From Octopus sinensis (lineage: Eukaryota): a stretch of 64,000 bases of DNA. The stretch covers positions 558,001-622,000 of the forward strand of contig NC_042997.1 of assembly GCF_006345805.1 (NCBI RefSeq). Direction: 5' to 3'. Made by a program: the position numbers and the translations under genes. A model generated the notes under the pieces. It saw only the letters and a program-made list of their open reading frames with translations. It did no database searches and was not told the origin of the DNA. Shown here one piece after another: positions 26,229-40,440 of the stretch; the first letter of the stretch is position 1; each line of letters begins with the position of its first letter.

Positions 26229-27294
26229 GGTGAATAATTAATCATTCAGTATGATATACAGCGTAAATGACAAAAAAAAAAGACACTATACATGGAAGGA
26301 TAGTTTGCGATAGATCTTGTGGTGTAAGTGAAATTTATATCTAGGTAGCTACCTAACCAGCTACACAGATAGATGAAGAAGCAGAACTATCTTGGTCACC
26401 AGGTGTTTATTTTTGTCTAAACAAAATTATATTTGATTATTCTTAGGAAAACAAACATTTACTGAATGATACACTATCTTTTGGGAGATAGACTATTTTC
26501 TCTTACATTAATTGTGTGAGTTGCAGTATAAAATTAATTCAATTGTTTCTGTATTATTCTCTAGAAGTGACGAAGAATGATGAGAGAACGATATATTCAT
26601 TATAAGCTTCTAAAACCAGCATGGATTGAAATTCTCCATGTTTTTTTCTTCTTTACAATAGACTTCCGCAACTTAGATTACTTGAAGATGTTTGCAGATA
26701 GCTTTCACTATATTAAAATACATTTTAGATACTAAGTGTTGGTAAATACATTCTTATACGCTTATAGATGTATGCATCCATGTTTACTCTCTCTTTTACT
26801 CTTTTACTTGTTTCAGTCCTTTGACTGCGGCCATGCTGGAGCACCGCATTTAGTCGAGTAAATCAACCCCAGGACTTATTCTTTGTAAGCCTAGTACTTA
26901 TTCTATCGGTGTCTTTCGCCGAACCACTAAGTTACGGGGACATGAACACACCAGCATTGGTTGTGAAGCGATGTTGGGAGGACAAACACAGACACACAAA
27001 CACACACACACACACATATATATATATACGACAGACTTCTTCACAGTTTCCGTCCACCAAATCCACTCACAAGGCTTTGGTCAGCCAGAGGCTATAGTAG
27101 AAGACACTTGCCCAAGGTGCCACGCAGTGGGACTGAACCCGAACCATGACTGGTGGGTAAATTATTAAGCACTCAGTATGTTATACAGCGTAAATGAAAA
27201 AAAAAAAACCATACATGTAAGGATAGTTTGCGACAGATCTTGTGGTGTAAGTGAAATTTATATCTAGGTAGCTACCTAACCAGCTACACAGATA
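26229..27294 (+). repeat. ~140 bp direct repeat pair (26229-26371, 27156-27294)
   Basis: GGATAGTTTGCGA.AGATCTTGTGGTGTAAGTGAAATTTATATCTAGGTAGCTACCTAACCAGCTACACAGATA in both copies. Confidence 0.92.
26785..27155 (-). mobile_element. SINE family B copy, 5'-truncated
   Basis: Reverse complement of 59810-60200. Confidence 0.9.
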
Positions 27295-28035
27295 ATTGTA
27301 TACGATTATGAGCACTATTTTAAAATGGTTAATTGATTTCTTTTAGCTATCCATTTATAGAATGATTGATTATATAGAAAACAAATTTATGTTTAGTTTC
27401 AATTTAAATTTGAATATTAGACTCTTCAATCATACGCTTGTAAAATAATGATCTCTTCAAAGACACGCTAAAAATCATTAATAATACAATAATAAACAGA
27501 TATCTAAATGATCCTCTATATGTAGCAGGAAAAGTCGTTGATAACTGTAAATAAGAATTTAAAATTACTTCCATAGAAAATTTAGACACGGTAAAAATGC
27601 GAAGAAGTGGGGGTCTGATGAATAAAGAGAACAACGCATTCGTTTTTTTAAGGAATATACAAGAGAAAAACTTTTCTCAACAGTGAATGACCAGTGGTAT
27701 AGTAATGCCACTGCTTGGAACTACTACTATCCATCCATTTCCGTATACTATTCCTGAGAAGATCGAGGGGGTTACGATTCCTCACTTACATCTTCAGAGA
27801 CAATCGAGATTATATTTTCCGGCTCGATTCTCAAGTATGATTTACTGATTAACTGAGACTGTGTGTACTACCCAATTCTCTCGTTCGTGATCTATCCCTA
27901 GGTAACTTGGCAGTTGGGTCGACTCCAAGAATCCGTTTTGTGATTCCCCCTACATTCTAATTACATTACAGTAGTACCGGAGCTGTGATTATGTGAGGCG
28001 CGGTAGTGGCTGTGTGGTAAATAGCTTGCTTATCC

Positions 28036-29420
28036 AGCATGCATAGCTAGTTGGCCTGGTGCTTACAGAGAGAAGACGCGAGCTTTGGCTCCGTGAATAG
28101 AAACAAAGAGCAAAAAGAAAAGTTGTCAAGGTTAGTCGATTTTTGTCCTCCGAGCTGAGTAGAATTTACTGTGCGTTTTCATTTTTTCAGTAGGTTTCTG
28201 CCTGGCTCTGGGGCGATTTCGCCTGCCTTGGCGGCTTTAAATTATGGCGCGATCTAGCGAGCATAAATATTGTGTTCTCATCGCCATAACGGTGGACTGA
28301 GAATTTTTTGAAAACTTGTTAGGTGTAAAATTCTGTGTAGCATTTTTTCGCCAAATTACTTATACATTCTGGTGGACGTATTTTGCTTGAAAAAATGGAA
28401 CCCTGTGGAGTTTACCTAACTGGAGTACTATCGAGAACCCTGACTATTGGATTTACCTGTTATAGTATTATACAAAAGGATTCCCTGTCTGTTCTATTTG
28501 TGAGGTTTTCTTCTTACTTTTTCCCTTCTTCCATTTTTCTCCCTTTCTAAATTTCGGTTCATTCTTTTTCTCATTATTTTAAATTCAGTTTCTTTCACTT
28601 TTATTTTGTTTTTCTATTTTTATTCGGTTTTAATTTTTTGATGGACTGTTTTTATGAACTGCTTTTGAACTGTTTTTTTTCGGACATGGCAGAGAAGGAA
28701 CTTAAAAAGAAGAACCCTGCCTTGGAGTGGGAAATTATCCCACCCAAGAAGTGGTTAAAAGATATAGAGAGGACGGTGGTGGTTAGAACTTACTCTAAAG
28801 TTCTTGATACCATCACCGTCTTCCCAAAATCAACTATAGAAAAAGAACTGAACGACTATTTGTGCACTGTGAAATACATGTCCCGCGGTGTCAAGAATGC
28901 AACCGTATGGTTGCTGTTTGTAACTCCTTATGAGGCTCGCAATTTCACGAGCCAGCCCTTGGAGGGCAACGAAATTCTGTTCCTCCCATTGTACAGCAGG
29001 AGGATATTAATAAGAGCCTGGGTATGTGTGTACCCCCAGTCACCGAGGCGGGTTGGATAGAAGATACCATCCAGCGGAGACTGGGGGATGGCGGGCCCAG
29101 GCTCTTAAATGTAAGGGTATCGCCAGCAGTCGATTAGGAAGTGTCAAAAGCGATTTTGACCCTGTGGACCCCATCGGCCGCAACAGATCTGGCTTGTCAA
29201 AGTCTTTTTGAAATGGCTGGCTGCAGGTATCCGGTGATACTTGAGGGACGTCCCCCCGTGCCACTCGTGCCTGCAGCCAGGCCACATTAAAAAGAACTGC
29301 CCCAGGACCATGGTTAGGTCCTGGAACAGCCACTGGATGCCACCTCCCCCATCCGGTCAAAGGAAGAGGTGAATGTGTTTGAGAAGGATTCAGCCTCCTC
29401 AAACCCAAAATAATTAAAAA
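28036..29420 (+). mobile_element. 5' end of an L1/Tx1-like LINE (5'UTR plus disrupted ORF1)
   Basis: ORF 28638-29060 continues after a frameshift (VPPVTEAGWIEDTI) and a stop to PVILEGRPPCHSCLQPGHIKKNCP (CX2CX4HX4C). Confidence 0.75.
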
Positions 29421-29687
29421 TTAAGAAGGCGGGCAACAACGTATACGCCAAATGTGTCGTATACCACTTTCATTCTACTGTCCACTCACCCGTATATATA
29501 TATATATATATATACACAAGCACCCACACATATTTAATCATAAATTTGTAAACAAACCCAAAGGCTATAAAATACGAAAGAGAGTGACACACATAGGATT
29601 TTTAATAAACGTACTTACATATTATTTATATAATAATATATAATTACACTATTCATACTTATATATGTGTGTGTGTGTGTGTGTATA

Positions 29688-29746
<59 letters not shown>

Positions 29747-31183
29747 AACACATAAATATAAATATGCACATGTAGGTGTGTTTATGTGTGTACAGATAGA
29801 GGCAGACCTACATGTAAGTACGTGAAGATAATTATCCTGATCATCAGGTCTTTCTTATTGACTAAACAAAGATTATTTGGACGATTGGCTTCCTTCAGAT
29901 ATTATAATTCTATGTCTTTTATTACGAGATTCTTTCAAGTGTTTCCCGAAGCAGTCTAAAAATCTCAGCATTACTTGGAGAGATATATAATATATTAGTT
30001 GTAAATTTGCAAAGCTAGTAGAAAGTGAAGCACCTGATTGTTTTCTCATAACTTTTAGAACATATTCAGAAACAAATGGTACTTTATATTTGGAATATAT
30101 GTAGGTGGCTATGGTTAGCTTTCAATATCTGTATCGCACTAATTGGATGATGAGAATCTGCAAAAATCTACATACAAGTATGCATGTACATTTATATATG
30201 AGTCTCTAAAGTTGTATCTAGCTCCAATGACTTTGTAGTTACTTTTTAATTCAAATTTTAACTTGAAACAGTTCAAATGTATGTCAGTTATAGATACGTA
30301 TATAGGACGAGAAGCCCTAAGAATCTCAATATTAAAGATATGTATTAAAATGCTAAAAGGCAAAATAAAATAGGATACCCTAAAACTACGAGGTAAAGAA
30401 AAGATTAACAAAAGAAATAAAGAGAAAAAAGTAATTGAAGAAAAAGCTACTTTTTAGTAATAAATGTTTCGTGACTGAGGATTATGAAAAGACTGAAATT
30501 TGTTCTTAACTGCGAGATCACAGCTTATATAATTGCAATGTTATTAAATCTAAGCATGGGTTGCATTTAATAAGATCACACTGACTGCAAAAAAAAAGAA
30601 AAAAGTAAAATGGAAAGAATTAAGGATTAATGCAAAAAGTACCATTTTATATTAGCGTAATAAGAAACCAATATCTTTACTCTTTATTGAAATTATTATG
30701 AAACATTCAGACCAAAAGTATTATGCACTTTTAAAAATATATCATAACTTGATCGAACAAATAAACTTCTCTTATGCAGTTAATCGTTCGGAATCAGTAG
30801 AAATGATACAAAATCAAACTCTCATCACCCTTTATCTCATCACCCTTTAAAAAAAATTACCTGCAAACACAAATATTCTAAAATCGCTGAGATATGCATG
30901 CATATAGATGCCTATCTAATCATTAACCAACACATGATTTTGAATAAGGAAAAATTTGGAAATATTACATAAAACCTCGTAGCTGAAATCAGCGAAACAA
31001 GAGCCAGGTCGGTTAAATATGACCACTTTGCTATCCTACAAGCCCCACCCTTTTAGCGACAAAATTCAACCCTTTTATATACAAGAGACGTGAAGCATCC
31101 TTGTTCTCTTCTATCTTTCACAGTTTTGTTATATATGTTTATATTAATTATATGTGCCAAATTCACCTTAAGAATACGTATAC

Positions 31184-31790
31184 CGAGTTCAATATAAGAA
31201 CATATTTTGGAGAGGTAGAGATATAAGATGTATAAAGGGAAATATGAATTCTTAAAAAATATAAAAACTATATATGGGATATTAAAATTGCTGTTCCATT
31301 ATCCAAGGAATGTGCTGTTTAGAATGAGTAAAGAGGCTTTTTGTCTATGATATGTAAATTCCGATAGGAGTTTATATTTTGTTACTACACGAGTATAGTG
31401 TGCAAATATTAATTCCATGCGCGGTTCATTCAAAGGAATTTTGAGAATATATACTGTAAGGGGAAATTAGATAGAGGAGAATAGATAATTATGTTCCTTC
31501 TAACATACTTATCTATTCTTGTCTCTCTATCTACTTCCCCCATCTGTATATTCTCAAAATTTCATTTACACTGCAAGATCCCTTTCAATGAACAGCACAA
31601 GGAATAAATATCTGCACACCATCCGCTTGTAATAACAAAATATGGACTTCTATCGGAATTTACATACCATTCTACACAGCATATTCTTTGATAATGGAAC
31701 AGCAACATATACTTTATATTTTTTATTCTTGTATATCCCTTTATAACTATTATAGCTCTACCTTTCCAAAATAACTTCTTATATTAAACT
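31184..31790. repeat. diverged fold-back with ~5 nt loop (arms ~31184-31496 and ~31502-31790)
   Basis: TTGCTGTTCCATTATC/GATAATGGAACAGCAA; ATGTAAATTCCGATAG/CTATCGGAATTTACAT. Confidence 0.85.
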
Positions 31791-31823
31791 GTACTATTTC
31801 CTTTTATTTATCTCTCTCATATC

Positions 31824-31869
31824 GTCTCTGCCGATGGGATATTTTCATATCCTGAAACAGCTGTAAGAC
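31824..31869 (+). ncRNA. minimal type I hammerhead-like motif
   Basis: GUCU CUGcCGA u GGGAUA-uuuuca-UAUCCU GAAA CAGCUG UA AGAC; A6C substitution. Confidence 0.65.
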
Positions 31870-33129
31870 TATCTGTCTCTTTATGAATGTCCCAGAAATT
31901 TCACTCTGCCCTGGCTTTCTTGTCTCATATTATTCACCACACACGCAGACACACACATGTTTATATACAAGAAAACTTTAAGACATTACATCATCACCCC
32001 AAAAATTACAAAAAGAATATGAAATATCTTGATGATAAAACTTATTCTTTTATAAATCGCATGCGATGGCGAACCTATCACTATGTTAGGTAAGTGATAA
32101 ATTAATCTGGAATTCCAGTACACTCGTATAAATCCTGTAATATATACCACTTAGATTATAATCTATATTCCTCTCTAATTAGAAAAGAAATTCTGAATCA
32201 ATTTTAAAATACTTCTGAAAATGACCTATGATCTTATAAACAAAGAGAATCCTGAAGACATTGTATTTAGAAGGTTGAACAGAACTCTACCTCTCTAAAA
32301 CTCGCTGAATTAACCTGACGGACTACTAGCCTAACTTCACTGCTTATCCCTTGGTTAAACTTATATGCGCCTCCATATAAACTTATATATGCCTATCGGA
32401 TATAGGCAGATTTGGTAAATTTATTATAGAAAAAACATACCTAACCCTAGAAATTTAATTAAACTTAACTTATGGTGTAGTTCGTATGAAGTTATACTTT
32501 GGTTTACTGATATTAACGATAAAAAACTCACTGAATTCATACAGTTAGACATATCTAATAACTATACATCAATTAATTCAGTTTTAATTAATAAAACGTT
32601 ACTATTCACACTGAGAAACGCAAGCTTGTGTAAAAAAGAAATATATATTATACTGGTTGCTAGAAACTCTATAATTGAATTTGAAGGAAAATACTGTGCA
32701 ACGTAATGTAGACTTGGTCTGCCTGACATTACCATGGGTTCCAGCTATTCCGTTCAGGTAGCGGACTTAGTGGGAATTTATGTTTTAAAACGCATGAATA
32801 ATGAACTTTTGGAGTTGGGGTAGGGAGAATTATATAGGGATGACACTCTCTTTACTGTACAGAAATTTAATAATAATAATAATAATCTGTTGGGATTATT
32901 TAAGAATCTATGTCCGACTATATCCATTGAAAATGAACATTTTTCTCGATATTAATTTGGTTTTGGGCACAAAAACTTAAGAACCAAACCACAAACACAG
33001 CGATAACTTGAAATACGTATGCAAAAGCTTACGTTATCCTAAAAATACGAGTAGTTCTATCGTTAGAGATATTTCTCTAGACTATCTGCTAATGAAGGGA
33101 TATTCAAGAATAGTAAAACATACGATAAT

Positions 33130-33440
33130 AATGGATAGACGAATGTTGGGTTGGTTTGGCCACATGGAGATGTTGGATGAGCAGAGGATGGTAAGGAAAG
33201 TAATGAAGGCAGAAGTGGTAGGCAGCGGAACAATTATCAGAACTCAGTTTGTGTGGATGGATGGATGGAGTGAGGAAAGCTTTGGCGGTTAGATGTGTTG
33301 GAGTGAGAGAGGCAAGGGAATTTATAAATGATAGGAAAACTTGAGGGTGTTTGTGGATGGATGAATGAATTTGATGTTGCTTACAGGGGTACAGAACCAG
33401 CATAATGCGGCATGGGTAAACCATCATATGCTGTCGGGCC
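33130..33440 (+). mobile_element. RTE-like LINE 3' end
   Basis: RMLGWFGHMEMLDEQRMVRKVMKAEVVG...WMDG. Confidence 0.75.
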
Positions 33441-35249
33441 CCGCTGCTGATATAGGAACTTGCGTTCTATTCCTTGACCTAAGCATAAGACGGGGCTTGC
33501 CCCTTTGAGCTGGGAAATGAATGGAATGCCTGGTTGTGGCTAGCTGCTCGTAAACAAAATGAAAAATAGGTCTGGCTGTTTGTATGTACGACAATAAAGT
33601 CCTAGCTGAAGCTGTATATAATGCTAAATTATTTTATATCCCTAAAATTAAAATCAGACAACTTATGAATGTGATTTCTGCTGTGAATCAAAAGGAAAGG
33701 CGAACGTAAAGCAAGGAAAATGTGATTTCCAGTTACTATACCAAAAATCAAAATAAGAATAGTCGCATAATGAATAGCGTTATAATTATAAGTGAACTTC
33801 ATAATAAACATAATAATAGTTCTTCTACGAAAACATAACAAAAATGGGGCTGTTGACAAAAACAGCCCCCACCCCCTTAAAAAAAGGTAAATCTACACAT
33901 ATTATGGTATGATGCAGGTTTTGGATTACAAACAGCCACAAACATACCTGCGATATTTTTTGGCTGCATTAGAGAGGCACTTTTGTTAGTCTAGTAAGTA
34001 CAATAAGATTTTCAATCGGTACATGATTAAGTTTCCCCTTTCACAAGTCGGAACCTAGCGCAAATTACATATTGCAGCACACAATTTTAGGAGGGTTAGT
34101 GAATTCACTAACAGGAACCTAGTGAACCCAAATAATAAAACTGATATTATGGGTAATAAAATGACTGGTGGTAATAATAACTATACGGATATGGTGTAAC
34201 ATAATATGCATGACTCTAGCGGACTAATAAAGAATTGTTTGCCTAACAATAGAAGGACTTTGGAAGATATTGTTATGGAGATAACTGTCCACAAACCACA
34301 CTCATATGAATTGATTGAATCGAATAATGACAGCACACTCAATTTAACCTATAATGAAACTAATAATACACATAAGGTAATACGTAATAATATAGAATGA
34401 GTAACTACTACTTCTTCCAGTAGCAAACATCTGATTAATATTAGTAAGAATAATTGTAGCTAAAGAGCTACGTATCTCCATTTGAATGGTAATTCCTCAG
34501 AAAAAATATAGTTGGTATATGTACAGTAAAGGCTGATGGCATTTTCAATTATTACATAGGATCATGTTCTACGGGCTTTTAGCAGAGTTTGCGTAGCTAC
34601 TCTTTTTCTTTCAAAAATAAAATATACAAGTTTGAGTGGTTGTGTCTGGTCTTTAAAGGATACGACCACTAAATAAGATACTGAATGGGAAATATCTAGT
34701 AGAGCTGCACCGTGTACTATTGGAAACACGAAATATAATTTATGCTTCGAAGAAATAATCCATATATTTACCTCTAATTGCAGGTTATCAAATCACTGAA
34801 ACGAATTAGCTCTGAAATGCGCACATTCTTTTAGAAACGTATTTAAGTACTTTTCAAGTATGGATTTCAATAGGATATTACGTAGATGGAAGTTCACATA
34901 AGTTAACCAAGTCACGTAATTATAGATTTACTCTTGTAGTTTACAATAATCGCACAATAAATCTCATACCTTTCTAATATTTAAATTGCCCATTATTTCT
35001 CCTTTCTTTTGGTTCTTTTTAAGCTATGCCTTTATCTTAAATGGTATCTGTCTGTCTTCATTATGAAGTATCCTGATTTAAGTAAGCGTTTTTTTTTTAC
35101 TACTATGTATAAGCCATTCCCCTAAAAAGGCAATTCTAATTTTAAATGATATCGAAACTATATTCAAATCGTATTTCAAAGGAATCTCTGCTATTATGAG
35201 CACCAAGATTTTGTAATTCCCTCATCAAGAAGAGATGTGTATGTTAAAC

Positions 35250-35810
35250 TGAATAGAGAGACGTCAAAGGAAGAGGTGAAAAGGGAAGGAACGAAAGAGG
35301 AGGAGAAAATGAAAACAAGAAGAGAGAATGAAAGAAGTGTTAGGAAGTGAAAAAAAGAAATAAACAAAAAAGAAAAGAAAATGAAAAGAAAAAAGAGAAG
35401 GGAAAGAAAAAATGAAAAAAGAGTGTTAGTTGCTGGTCAAGATATTAAGAGGGGATGGGAGAAGAGTAGGGGAGGTTTAGGAGGAGATAAGAATGTAATT
35501 AATATGTGTGAGGTGTATGAGGTGGGGTGATGTGTTAGAATGGCATAAAGGGATGGGTATAATAAAAGGTATAGGAAAGTGGGGTTGTAGTAAACCACAA
35601 AACGGCAGGAAAGAATACTAAGAATGGTCAAGTTTCTATAAATATACTTATGTGTTTATTCTACTGGTTAATGTAATAGTGTGGGTAGAGGAAACGGAGA
35701 GAAAAAAAGAAGTGTATACTGATATACGCACGCACACATGTACATATATGTGTGTGTATATATTATTATATAGGCCTGCATACTTGTGCATGTAAACTCG
35801 TACGCATGTA

Positions 35811-35848
<38 letters not shown>

Positions 35849-36055
35849 CACTCACACACACACACACATATATATATAGATACACACGCACATACATCAT
35901 ACATATACACATATATTTCATTTTTGCATTTTTTCACTTTTTGTTTTCTTTTTTTCACTTCCTTACACCTTTTCATTTTCTCTTATTGTTTTCATTTTCA
36001 CTTCCTCTTTCTTTCCTTCTTCTTTTCTCACCCTTTCCTTTGACCTCTCTCTTCA
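35250..36055. repeat. inverted repeat with purine-rich/pyrimidine-rich arms (~35250-35375 and ~35935-36055)
   Basis: GAGAGACGTCAAAGGAAGAGGTGA versus TCACCCTTTCCTTTGACCTCTCTC; AGGAAGTGAAAAAAAGAAA versus TTTCTTTTTTTCACTTCCT. Confidence 0.7.
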
Positions 36056-36067
36056 TTTTAACATATA

Positions 36068-36686
36068 CAGAGTTGGGGAAGCATTTAACGCTGAATGTCT
36101 GGTGCCAACCATGAGACATGAGGGTGGTTCTATCATGGTGTGGTCCTGCATGTCTGCCACAGGGCCCAGAGAAATGTCATCATACCAGGGAAGGATAAAT
36201 TCAGCTACCTATGTTTCTATGTTATCGGATGTTTTAGAGCCATCAATTGCTAAATTGCATCCAGGAGTATCTTTTAACAGGACAACGCTCAATGTCATCT
36301 AACAATGAATACTCGTCAATGGCTTGAGGCACAAATTATTATTCCCATGGTCCGGTCAGCTCAATTTCCCGATCTAAATCCGATGTAATACTTATGAAGA
36401 ACTCTTGATGAAGCTGTCAGGAACACAACAATTAAAAAAAGAGCATTTTTACCATCAGTTGAGAGACGAATGGAGTAAAATTGCGCCTAGCACCTGCAAA
36501 AAACTAGTTGATTCAATGCCTAATCGTATAAAAACGGTAACTAATGCTAAAGGAGGGTCAACCAGATATTAAAAATAATGTATATTGTGAAATATACCAT
36601 AATCTACCATGTGCATGAGTTTCATTAACATTGAGATAGCAGAACCCAAAAACACTGGGGTTGCCTAATACTTTTGGCCAAGGCTG
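36068..36686 (+). mobile_element. Tc1-family transposon 3' half with right TIR
   Basis: PTMRHEGGSIMVWSCM, QDNAQCH, PDLNP, LVDSMPNRI...AKGGSTRY*; TIR CCTAATACTTTTGGCCAAGGCTG|TA. Confidence 0.92.
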
Positions 36687-37939
36687 TATATATCTATGTA
36701 TATATTCCTATAGCTAATTCTTCATCGTGAGCTCATTGCCTATATCTCTATACTACGAGCATTTGTTGTTGAAATGTTAAACAATAATGGTAAAGCTGGA
36801 AGTTTTCTTTTTTTTACCCTGCATATGTAGAACTGTGTATCATGAAAATTTAATATTTTTCAATTTTTATTTCGTTTCATTCCAGTATGAAAAGGTATCT
36901 TCGTTCTGTTTTCTGAGACAAAGTCCTCCAACATTTTCTCCTGTTCCTTATTTTTTTCAACATATATTTTCTTATGTGTACCTCTTAACCCTTGAAATAT
37001 ATATATACAAGTAGAGAGAGGGGGTGGTAAACAGTACCAGAAATAGACTGTCCGAATTTAACAACGGGTCTAGTTATAAGTTCATAAAGAGCAGTCTGTA
37101 TGTTTTATTAAAAACTAAAGCTTCTTAAATTACGACTCAAATTTTCACTGCTTCGAGTATTCGCCGTCCTTTAGACAGGGGGAATTGTTACGCTGGACAC
37201 ACGTTATAATGTATATGTGTATAAATACTGCCGAATGGATGGGGCAGTTGTTAAATTAGTTGTCGTCTTTTCCAACATCTCAACCAGATTTTAACTTTCA
37301 GTTTATTCATATAATAGAAAGCGCCGTAGAGTAAGTATTAACTTCTAGAGGAGTTAAGTTCGTGAATCGTATTGCACTTCTTTTGAAGCTAATTCACTTC
37401 GCATACATCGTCATTCCCTTTGGAAATCGCATGAATGTCCTCATCCAATTTTTCTCTTCTTGCTTATAAAACCTTTGTATTTATTCAAAAGAAACCTATT
37501 GATCATTTCCTCACATGAACTCGAGTCTTCTATGATGTTACAAATAAAATATGCCACTCGTTGAATTCTCTAAATACTGCTATTCATTGGCCATCTCAAA
37601 TCCGATAATCTTCAATCTGTTATTACTACTAGATTGAGATATAATACTTGTACAATACAAAACTTCACTGATTTTCTGCTGTAAGTAAATACACACTGAC
37701 TTCAATAGATATTTTGCCTGTATTCCCATTTCCTTTGATTTTCATTCGTATTTACTTTGTTTTGGTGCAATTCTGCCGTTTGTAGATTTAACAAAATGAG
37801 GTGATAAGCATGTTGGTTGATGCATTTAGAGTTTCTATTGTTATATAATCCTACCCCAATCTAATCTAACGAAATCTAATCTTTCAATTCATAGGCCCCC
37901 AATAAGCGATTTAGTGGAAGTTTACTGATATATGCATAC

Positions 37940-37972
<33 letters not shown>

Positions 37973-37998
37973 GATATATATATAGGGAGTTCACAAAA

Positions 37999-38159
37999 AG
38001 AAACAAAAGACGAAGACAGGTGATGTAGAAAACCAGCAGATGCATTAATATAACGCTTGGGAAGTGAAAAAGTATTTAACGTTTCGAGTCTACGCTCTTC
38101 CATATACATACACACACAAACACATATATATATATAAATTTATATGTATATACATATAC

Positions 38160-38243
<84 letters not shown>

Positions 38244-38333
38244 CTCGAAACGTGAAAGACTTTTTCACTTCCCAAGCGTTATATTAATGCATCTGCTGGT
38301 TTTCTACATCACCTGTCTTCGTCTTTTGTTTCT
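37999..38333. repeat. 91 bp near-perfect inverted repeat of a PLE terminus around (TA)n
   Basis: 37999-38089 versus 38243-38333, 2 mismatches seen; same family as the 4771-6175 ends. Confidence 0.92.
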
Positions 38334-38608
38334 TATATATATATATATGTATGTATATATATATGACTAATCCCATATATACATATATGATGTATATATG
38401 GATATGAGTATGTATATATCTATATATATAAATATATATTAACAGTTATCGCCAAGCTAATATGGCAGTCCATAAATATAAAATTAAAGCTGCCGTTGAT
38501 TAGCTCCAAGAGGCCATCGCCTCTAGTTAGCTATATCACACACGAACCTGTGTCCATTATAACCTTCGAACAGGGGAGGTCAGCCGCTTCCCCTTGCTGG
38601 TCAGACAC

Positions 38609-38649
38609 CTGCAGATATGTTTCAGAGTATTTGCCCTTTATCAATGCAG
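38609..38649 (-). ncRNA. hammerhead-like motif (U3:A8 core)
   Basis: CUGCA UUGAUAA AGGG-caaaua-CUCU GAAA CAUAUC UGCAG. Confidence 0.6.
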
Positions 38650-39214
38650 AGTAGCCACACCCAGCAGGCGTCGGTGCCGACCGTGTGTTCAAAGGATTAT
38701 TTACCTATTTTGAAAACCAGTGGATGTATTCCACTGAAATTAGGTAAGTAATCATTCGTTGCCCACTCTGCACCAGTACAGATGGATAGAAATAGTATGC
38801 ATTATGCTGCACAAGCAATGACCACTATGCACAAAGCCATGTACAGGTAGGTCAGTAAAACACTATCAGCAAATACCACCAACATCCGTTTATTTCCACC
38901 TCAAAAAACCCCACAAAACCCTATGACGATGAACAGACAGCGACGAGAACAGGTGAAGCATGTCACTGGAATTTCTTAGCTTGAACTTCGCACATAGATG
39001 ATGAAAGGTAGATGACCACTTTACACAACATATGCGAATTGTGTAATTCGTGTCGTCCTTTCACGACAAATCGGTCTTGTTTAGAATTGCACTACATTCT
39101 TCCTAAGCAGGAGGGGTTAAGAAAATACTACCGTAATATTTGCGTACTCACATTGCTCCCTTCATTCACCCCAACACCAGAAGATTAAGCAAATCGAAAA
39201 CGAAACAAAACTTT

Positions 39215-40440
39215 TTATTATATCTTGGAATGTTAGAACTCTTGAGGACAGCGAGAAAAAACATAGAACATAGGAGCTTTAGTTGCCCGCATCCTGAATT
39301 AAACAAAAAAAAAACATTGGAATGTTAGTCATCTCTAACATGTCAAGTTTGCACACATAATCACCGTTTACAAGCGGAAGGGTTACTGATAAGGATGTAG
39401 AGATTACTATGGAACTTGCCTTCTCAAAGGCTCGGAGAAAATATTGTTTAAGCAATTACAAGAATCTATCCGAGTGAATTCTTCCTGAAATTCAGTGGAG
39501 GTTTCCTTGTCTAGAATTTTATGACATTTTCTATGCGAAAAAGTTCAGTGTTTGTGTACAGGAAAGCGCGTTTAAATTTCCATTGTGTCAAGATGGATTT
39601 CCAAAGTATGGAAAAATTTGTGAACAGGGACAAACAGATCTTTGATGCTATAACTACTCGGAGATCTCATGGGGTAGAAAGATTGGACTTTTTCTTAGTG
39701 AGTAAGACAGGTCTATGTAATTACTTCAACGCAGCCTTATTATTATTGGGTTTCGCGGTTGAAAACATGTTGAGCGAAATCACAAGTGAAGTTTATGCTC
39801 GTACATATCAATGATTTGTGTTAACATCAATGTAATAGTAATATTTGTTACCTATAACATATCTTTTGGGGGAACGAGCTACTGAATGTGTGGTGATAAC
39901 TTTAAAACTGTCATAAAATGTAAAAAAAACAAAGCAAAACAAACCAAGACATAAGAATCTCTCAAATCCCACTAGAAGAACTGACGGTTTGATTCAACAT
40001 AAATCCAATGTGTTGGAACATGCATCTCTGATCATCCTAAGTACAAATAAGCTGTAAACATGGTAAATATTTTTAGATATTTGGGTAGTGTGATTCCTGA
40101 AGATGAAAGCCTAGAGCCGGAGGCATATCGTTGGGTACATTTAATCCGATGACTTTGCAGGGAAGCTCAGTGATCGACTGCGATATTGACGGGGGCATAA
40201 AATTAACAAAAATGCAAAGTGGATCCAAAAGACTACTATATAATCAGTTGCGTTCTGTTGAGATATATACAGATCATCGTCGGGATTTATAGACTTCATC
40301 GCCAGGATCTATACACTTCATCGAAAGTCTGATGTGTTACCATTGTTACATTGTGTCTATAACTGAGACTTGCTCAAATATGCAGGTGTTGGGTCTATAT
40401 TATTGAAATTTAATTTGTGATGTATGTCAATTTATACGTA
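39215..40440 (+). mobile_element. heavily decayed RTE LINE
   Basis: SWNVRTL (APE N-terminus) and VNIFRYLGSVI (RT) motifs. Confidence 0.6.
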
